In this document: piece after piece, positions 58,431 through 64,000 of the stretch
Layout of the letters: the number at the start of each line of letters is the position of its first letter
Numbering within the stretch: the first letter of the stretch is position 1
Assembly: GCF_963921235.1 (NCBI RefSeq)
Contig: NC_086097.1
Span: forward strand, 199,518,001-199,582,000
From: Mobula hypostoma
Lineage: Eukaryota
Direction: 5' to 3'
DNA length: 64,000 nucleotides
Position numbers and translations under genes: made by a program
Notes under the pieces: generated by a model
What the model was told of the DNA's origin: nothing
Databases searched by the model: none
What the model saw: only the letters and a program-made list of their open reading frames with translations

Positions 58431-61214
58431 TTGCGGGGTGGGAAGCAAATTAAAGAGACTAGGAGAGAGGAGGTCAGTTCAAAACAGGAGGATGGGAACA
58501 AGTGCAGAGAGACAGAGGGGTGTAAAATGAGGGTAGAAGCAAAAAGTAGTAAGGTGACAAGTAAAAGTGGCAGGCCGGCAAATCCTGGGCAAAAATCAAA
58601 AAGGGCCACTTTTCAACATAATTGTATAAGGTCTAGGAGTGTTGTAAAAGAAAGCCTGAAGACTTTGTGTGTCAATGCAAGGGGCATTTGTAAAGTAGAT
58701 GAATTAAAAGGGCAGATTGTTATTAATGAATATGATATAGTTGGGATCACAGAGACATGGCTCCAGGGTGACCAAGGATGGGAGATCAACTTTCAGGGAT
58801 ATTCAATATTCAGAAGGGATAGACATGAAAGGAAAGCAGGTGGGGTGGCATTGCTGGTTAGAGAGGAGATTAACACAATAGAAAGGAAGGACATTAGTCG
58901 GGAGGATGTGGAATCGATATGGGTAGAGCTGAGTAACACTACGGGACAGAAAACACTGGTGGGAGTTGTGTACAGGCCACCTAACAGTAGTAGTGAGGTT
59001 GGGGATGGCATTAAACAGAAAATTAGAAATGCATGCAATAAAGGAACAGCAGTTATAATGGGGGACTTCAATCTACATATAGATTGGGTGAACCAAATTG
59101 GTAAGGGTGCTGAGGAAGAGGATTTCTTGGAATGTATCATTAAGATGGAGAGTGACATAGTTAATTCAGAAACAAAGGTTCTGAACTTAGAGAGGGGTAA
59201 CTTTGAAGGTATGAGACGTGAATTAGCTAAGATAGACTGGCAAATGACAATTAAAGGATTGACGGTGGATATGCAATGGCAAGCATTTAAAGATTGCATG
59301 GATGAACTACAACAATTGTTCATCCCAGTTTGGCAAAAGAATAAATCAAGGAAGGTAGTGCACCCGTGGCTGACAAGAGAAATTAGGGATAATATCAATT
59401 CCAAAGAAGAAGCATACAAATTAGCCAGAAAAAGTGGCTCACCTGAGGACTGGGGGAAATTCAGAGTTCAGCAGAGGAGGACAAAGGGCTTAATTAGGAA
59501 GGGGAACGAAGATTATGAGAGAAAACTGGCAGGGAACATAAAAACTGACTGTAAAAGCTTTTATAGATATGTAAAAAGGAAAAGACTGGTAAAGACAAAT
59601 GTAGGTCCCCTACAGACAGAAACAGGTGAATTGATTATGGGGAGCAAGGACATGGCAGACCAATTGAATAATTACTTTGGTTCTGACTTCACTGAGGAGG
59701 ACATAAATAATCTTCCAGAAATAGTAGGGGACAGAGGGTCCAGTGAGATGGAGGAACTGAGGGAAATACATGTTAGTAGGGAAGTGGTGTTAGGTAAATT
59801 GAAGGGATTGAAGGCAGATAAATCCCCAGGGCCAGATGGTCTGCATCCCAGAGTGCTTAAGGAAGTAGGCCAAGAAATAGTGGATGCATTAGTGATAATT
59901 TTTCAAAACTCGTTAGATTCTGGACTAGTCCCTGAGGATTGGAGGGTGGCTAATGTAACCCCACTTTTTAAAAAAGGAGGGAGAGAGAAACTGGGGAACT
60001 ATAGACCGGTTAGACTAACGTCGGTGGTGGGGAAACTGCTGGAGTCAGTTATCAAAGATGTGATAAGAGCACATTTAGAAAGCGGTGAAATCATCGGACA
60101 AAGTCAGCATGGATTTGTGAAAGGAAAATCATGTCTGAAGAATCGCATAGAATTTTTTGAGGATGTAACTAGTAGAGTGGATAGGGGAGAACCAGTGGAT
60201 GTGGTATATTTGGATTTTCAAAAGGCTTTTGACAAGGTCCCACACAGGAGATTAGTGTGCAAACTTAAAGCACACGGTATTGGGGGTAAGGTATTGATGT
60301 GGATAGAGAATTGGTTAGCAGACAGGAAGCAAAGAGTGGGAATAAACGGGACCTTTTCAGAATGGCAGGCAGTAACTAGTGGGGTACCGCAAGGCTCAGT
60401 GCTGGGACCACAGTTGTTTACAATATATATTAATGACTTGGATGAGGGAATTAAATGCAGCATCTCCAAGTTTGCGGACGACACGAAGCTGGGCGGCAGT
60501 GTTAGCTGTGAGGAGGATGCTAAGAGGATGCAGGGTGACTTGGATAAGTTGGTTGAGTGGGCAAATTCATGGCAGATGCAATTTAATGTGGATAAATGTG
60601 AAGTTATCCACTTTGGTGGCAAAAATAGGAAAACAGATTATTATCTGAATGGTGGCCGATTAGGAAAAGGGGAGGTGCAACGAGACCTGGGTGTCATTAT
60701 ACACCAATCATTGAAAGTGGGCATGCAGGTACAGCAAGCGGTGAAAAAGGCGAATGGTATGCTGGCATTTATAGCGAGAGGATTCGAGTACAGGAGCAGG
60801 GAGGTACTACTGCAGTTGTACAAGGCCTTGGTGAGACCACACCTGGAGTATTGTGTGCAGTTTTGGTCCCCTAATCTGAGGAAAGACATCCTTGCCATAG
60901 AGGGAGTACAAAGAAGGTTCACCAGATTGATTCCTGGGCTGGCAAGACTTTCATATGAAGAAAGACTGGATGAACTAGGCTTGTACTCGTTGGAATTTAG
61001 AAGATTGAGGGGGGATCTGATTGAAACGTATAAACTCCTAAAGGAATTGGACAGGCAAGATGCAGGAAGATTGTTCCCGATGTTGGGGAAGTCCAGAACA
61101 AGGGGTCACAGTTTGAGGATAAGGGGGAAGCCTTTTAGGACTGAGATTAGGAAAAAACTTCTTCACACAGAGAGTGGTGAATCTGCGGAATTCTCTGCCA
61201 CAGGAAACAGTTGA
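58431..61214 (+). CDS. 927-aa open CR1 ORF2 chimera: RT motifs intact, endonuclease lacking its C-terminal (PTR/LD/SDH) segment
   Basis: VNARGI, ITETWL, VYRPP, GDFNL, then FLECI|IKMES with no SDH. KSPGPDG, QGSVLGP and KFADDTK are intact. A frameshift occurs near the C-terminus (about 61158). Confidence 0.8.
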   Translation: MRGGKQIKETRREEVSSKQEDGNKCRETEGCKMRVEAKSSKVTSKSGRPANPGQKSKRATFQHNCIRSRSVVKESLKTLCVNARGICKVDELKGQIVINEYDIVGITETWLQGDQGWEINFQGYSIFRRDRHERKAGGVALLVREEINTIERKDISREDVESIWVELSNTTGQKTLVGVVYRPPNSSSEVGDGIKQKIRNACNKGTAVIMGDFNLHIDWVNQIGKGAEEEDFLECIIKMESDIVNSETKVLNLERGNFEGMRRELAKIDWQMTIKGLTVDMQWQAFKDCMDELQQLFIPVWQKNKSRKVVHPWLTREIRDNINSKEEAYKLARKSGSPEDWGKFRVQQRRTKGLIRKGNEDYERKLAGNIKTDCKSFYRYVKRKRLVKTNVGPLQTETGELIMGSKDMADQLNNYFGSDFTEEDINNLPEIVGDRGSSEMEELREIHVSREVVLGKLKGLKADKSPGPDGLHPRVLKEVGQEIVDALVIIFQNSLDSGLVPEDWRVANVTPLFKKGGREKLGNYRPVRLTSVVGKLLESVIKDVIRAHLESGEIIGQSQHGFVKGKSCLKNRIEFFEDVTSRVDRGEPVDVVYLDFQKAFDKVPHRRLVCKLKAHGIGGKVLMWIENWLADRKQRVGINGTFSEWQAVTSGVPQGSVLGPQLFTIYINDLDEGIKCSISKFADDTKLGGSVSCEEDAKRMQGDLDKLVEWANSWQMQFNVDKCEVIHFGGKNRKTDYYLNGGRLGKGEVQRDLGVIIHQSLKVGMQVQQAVKKANGMLAFIARGFEYRSREVLLQLYKALVRPHLEYCVQFWSPNLRKDILAIEGVQRRFTRLIPGLARLSYEERLDELGLYSLEFRRLRGDLIETYKLLKELDRQDAGRLFPMLGKSRTRGHSLRIRGKPFRTEIRKKLLHTESGESAEFSATGNS

Positions 61215-61413
61215 GGCCAGTTCATTGGCTATATTTAAGAGGGAGTTAGATATGGCCCTTGTGGCTACGGGGATCAGGGGGTATGGAGGGAAGGCTGGTG
61301 CAAGGTTCTGAGTTGGATGATCAGCCATGATCATAATAAATGACGGTGCAGGCTCGAAGGGCCGAATGGCCTACTCCTGCACCTATTTTCTATGTTTCCA
61401 TGTTTCTATGTAT

Positions 61414-63633
61414 GCGGGATGGTTTTTTGAACCAACATGTCGAAGAACCAACTAGAGAGCAGGCTATTCCAGACTGGGTTTTGAGCAATGAGGAAGGGAT
61501 GGAGAGTGACAAAGTTAATTCAGAAGCAAAGTTCTGAACTTAAAGAAGGGTAACTTTAAAGGTATGAGACGTGAATTAGCTAAGATAGACTGGCAAATGA
61601 TACTTAAAGAGTTGACGGTGGATATGCAGTGACAAGCATTTAAAGATCACATGGATGAACTACAACAATTGTTCATCCCAGTTTGGCAAAAGAATAAATC
61701 AGGGAAGGTAGTGCACCCATGGCTGACAAGGGAAATTAGGGATAGTATCAATTCCAAAGAAGAAGCATACAAATTAGCCAGAAAAAGCGGCTCACCTGAG
61801 GACAAGGAGAAATTCAGAGTCCAGCAGAGAAGGACAAAGGGCTTAATTAGGAAAGGGAAAAACAATTATGAGAAAAAACTGGCAGGGAACATAAAAACTG
61901 ACTGTAAAAGCTTTTATAGATATGTGAAAAGAAAAAGATTGGTTAAGATAAATGTAGGTCCCCTACAGACAGAAACAGGTGAATTGATTAAGGGGGACAA
62001 GGACATGGCAGACCAATTGAATAACTATTTTGGTTCTGTCCTCACTAAGGAGGACATAAATAATCTTCCAGAAATAGTAGGGGACAGAGGGTCCAGTGAG
62101 ATGGAGGAACTGAGGGAAATACATGTTAATAAGGAAGTGATGTTAGGTAAATTGAAGGGATTAAAGGCAGATAAATCCCCAGGGCCAGATGGTCTGCATC
62201 CCAGAGTGCTTAAGGAAGTAGCCCAAGAAATAGTGGATGCATTAGTGATAATTTTTCAAAACTCGTTAGATTCTGGACTAGTTCCTGAGGATTGGAGGGT
62301 GGCTAATGTAACCCCGCTTTTTAAAAAAGGAGGGAGAGAGAAGCTGGGGAATTATAGACCAGTTAGCCTAACATCGGTGGTGGGGAAAATGCTAGAGTCA
62401 GTTATCAAAGATGTGGTAACAGCACATTTGGCAAGCGGTGAAATCATCAGACAAAGTCAGCATGGATTTGTGAAAGGAAAATCATGTCTGACGAATCTCA
62501 CAGAATTTTTTGAGGATGTAACTGGTAGAGTGGATAGGGGAGAACCAGTGGATGTGGTATATTTGGATTTTCAAAAGGCTTTTGACAAGGTCCCACACAG
62601 GAGATTAGTGTGCAAACTTAAAGCACACGGTATTGGGGGTAAGGTATTGATGTGGATAGAGAATTGGTTGGCAGACAGGAAGCAAAGATTGGGAATAAAC
62701 GGGACCTTTTCAGAATGGCAGGCAGTGACTAGTGGGGTACCGCAAGGCTCAGTGCTGGGACCACAGTGGTTTACAATATATATTAATGACTTGGATGAGG
62801 GAATTAAATGCAGCATCTCCAAGTCTGCGGATGACATGAAGCTGGACGGCAGTGTTAGTTGTGAGGAGGATGCTAAGAGGATGCAGGGTGACTTGGATTG
62901 GTTAGGTGAGTGGGCAAATTCATGGCAGATGCAATTTAATATGGATAACTGTGAGGTTATCCACTTTGGTGGCAAAAATAGGAAAACAGATTATTATCTG
63001 AATGGTGGCCGATTAGGAAAAGGGGAGGTGCAACGAGACTTGGGTGTCATTATACACCAGTCATTGAAAGTGGGCATGCAGGTACAGCAGGCGGTGAAAA
63101 AGGCGAATGGTATGCTGGCATTTATAGCGAGAGGATTCGAGTACAGGAGCGGGGAGGTACTACTGCAGTTGTACAAGGCCTTGGTGAGACCACACCTGGA
63201 GTATTGTGTGCAGTTTTGGTCCCCTAATCTGAGGAAAGACATTCTTGCCATAGAGGGAGTACAAAGAAGGTTCACCAGATTGATTCCTGGGATGGAAGGA
63301 CTTTCATATGATGAAAGACTGGATCGACAAGGCTTTTTCTCTCTGGAATTCAGAAGATTGAGGGGGGATCTTATTGAAACGTATAAAATCCTAAAGGGAT
63401 TGGACAGGCTAGATTCAGGAAGATTGTTCCCGATTTTGGGGAAGTCCAGAATGAGGGGTCACAGTTTGAGGATAAAGGGGAAGTCTTTTAGGACCGAGAT
63501 TAGGAAAAACTTCTTCACCCAGAGAGTGGTGAATCTGTGGAATTCTCTGCCACAGGAAACAGTTGAGGCAAAGGGATCAGTGGGTATGGAGGGAAAGCTG
63601 GTACAGGGTTTTGAGTTGGATGATCAGCCATGA
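61414..63633 (+). pseudogene. Second CR1 ORF2 segment (RT), KSADDMK at the active site
   Basis: MRDGFLNQHVEEPTREQAIPDWVLSNEEG, then the 660-aa ORF 61651-63633 paralleling 59298-61214. Confidence 0.9.
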
Positions 63634-63688
63634 TCATACTGAATTGCGGTGCAGGCTACTCCTGCACCTATTTTCTATGTTTCTATGT

Positions 63689-64000
63689 CCAGGTGACGTA
63701 TTTCCTTTCAGACCTTACAGTTTGCCAAGAACCTTCTCTCTGCTTATGGTAACTTCACACACTTCATGCCCCCAGACAGCAGGAACCTCCATCATACTGC
63801 TAATGTCTTCCACATTGAAGGCTGATGCAAAGTACTTATTCAGTTCATTCGCCATTTCATTGTCCCTGATTATTACCTCTCCAGAACTTTTTTCCAGCAG
63901 TCTAATATCTACTCTCACCTCTCTTTTACACTTTATGTATCAGAAGAAACTTTTGGTATGCTCTTTAATACTATTGGCTATCTTTTTTTTTCCATCTTTA
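63689..64000 (-). mobile_element. Upstream continuation of the old minus-strand CR1
   Basis: GEVIIRDNEMANELNKYFASAFNVED...ISREKVLGKL; ccaggtgac completes ccatctggt|ccaggtgac. Confidence 0.85.

Larger units (their letters stand above)
57150..63688 (+). mobile_element. Composite CR1: full-length outer copy (57150-59137 plus 61414-63688) containing an inner truncated copy (59138-61413)
   Basis: One 5' UTR and ORF1, two similar RT regions and two (tttctatg)n tails at about 61410 and 63687. Confidence 0.9.

Noticed and set aside
58431..61214. 927-aa ORF as an active LINE protein or domesticated host gene
   Set aside because: It is a chimera across an insertion junction, lacks the endonuclease SDH segment, is frameshifted at the C-terminus, and its ORF1 is broken.

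Overview
Eukaryotic, repeat-dominated, apparently intronic or intergenic DNA with no recognisable host protein-coding gene, tRNA or rRNA. The repeat mix (esterase-ORF1 CR1 LINEs, Rex1/Babar LINEs, L2, GIY-YIG Penelope-like elements, V-SINE/HE1-like SINEs, Tc1 relics, Gypsy LTR elements) suggests a cartilaginous fish genome; this is an inference. Main elements: a solo LTR with a 5-bp TSD (3556-4454); a near-complete Gypsy provirus with CHCC Gag, tRNA-Trp PBS and a -1 frameshift signal, resembling the CsRn1 lineage (7634-11879); a full-length CR1 (about 20.4-24.6 kb); a decayed chromodomain-bearing sushi-like Gypsy (about 35-39.7 kb, minus); and a composite CR1 in which a truncated copy sits inside a same-family copy (57150-63688). 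Many Penelope termini carry minimal hammerhead-ribozyme motifs, and one has an intact core (36721-36756). All long ORFs are transposon-derived and nearly all are disrupted. I found no convincing new biological system; the most interesting signals are RNA-level (ribozyme, frameshift element) and unusual insertion architectures. Boundaries of old elements are approximate and all identities were judged by eye.
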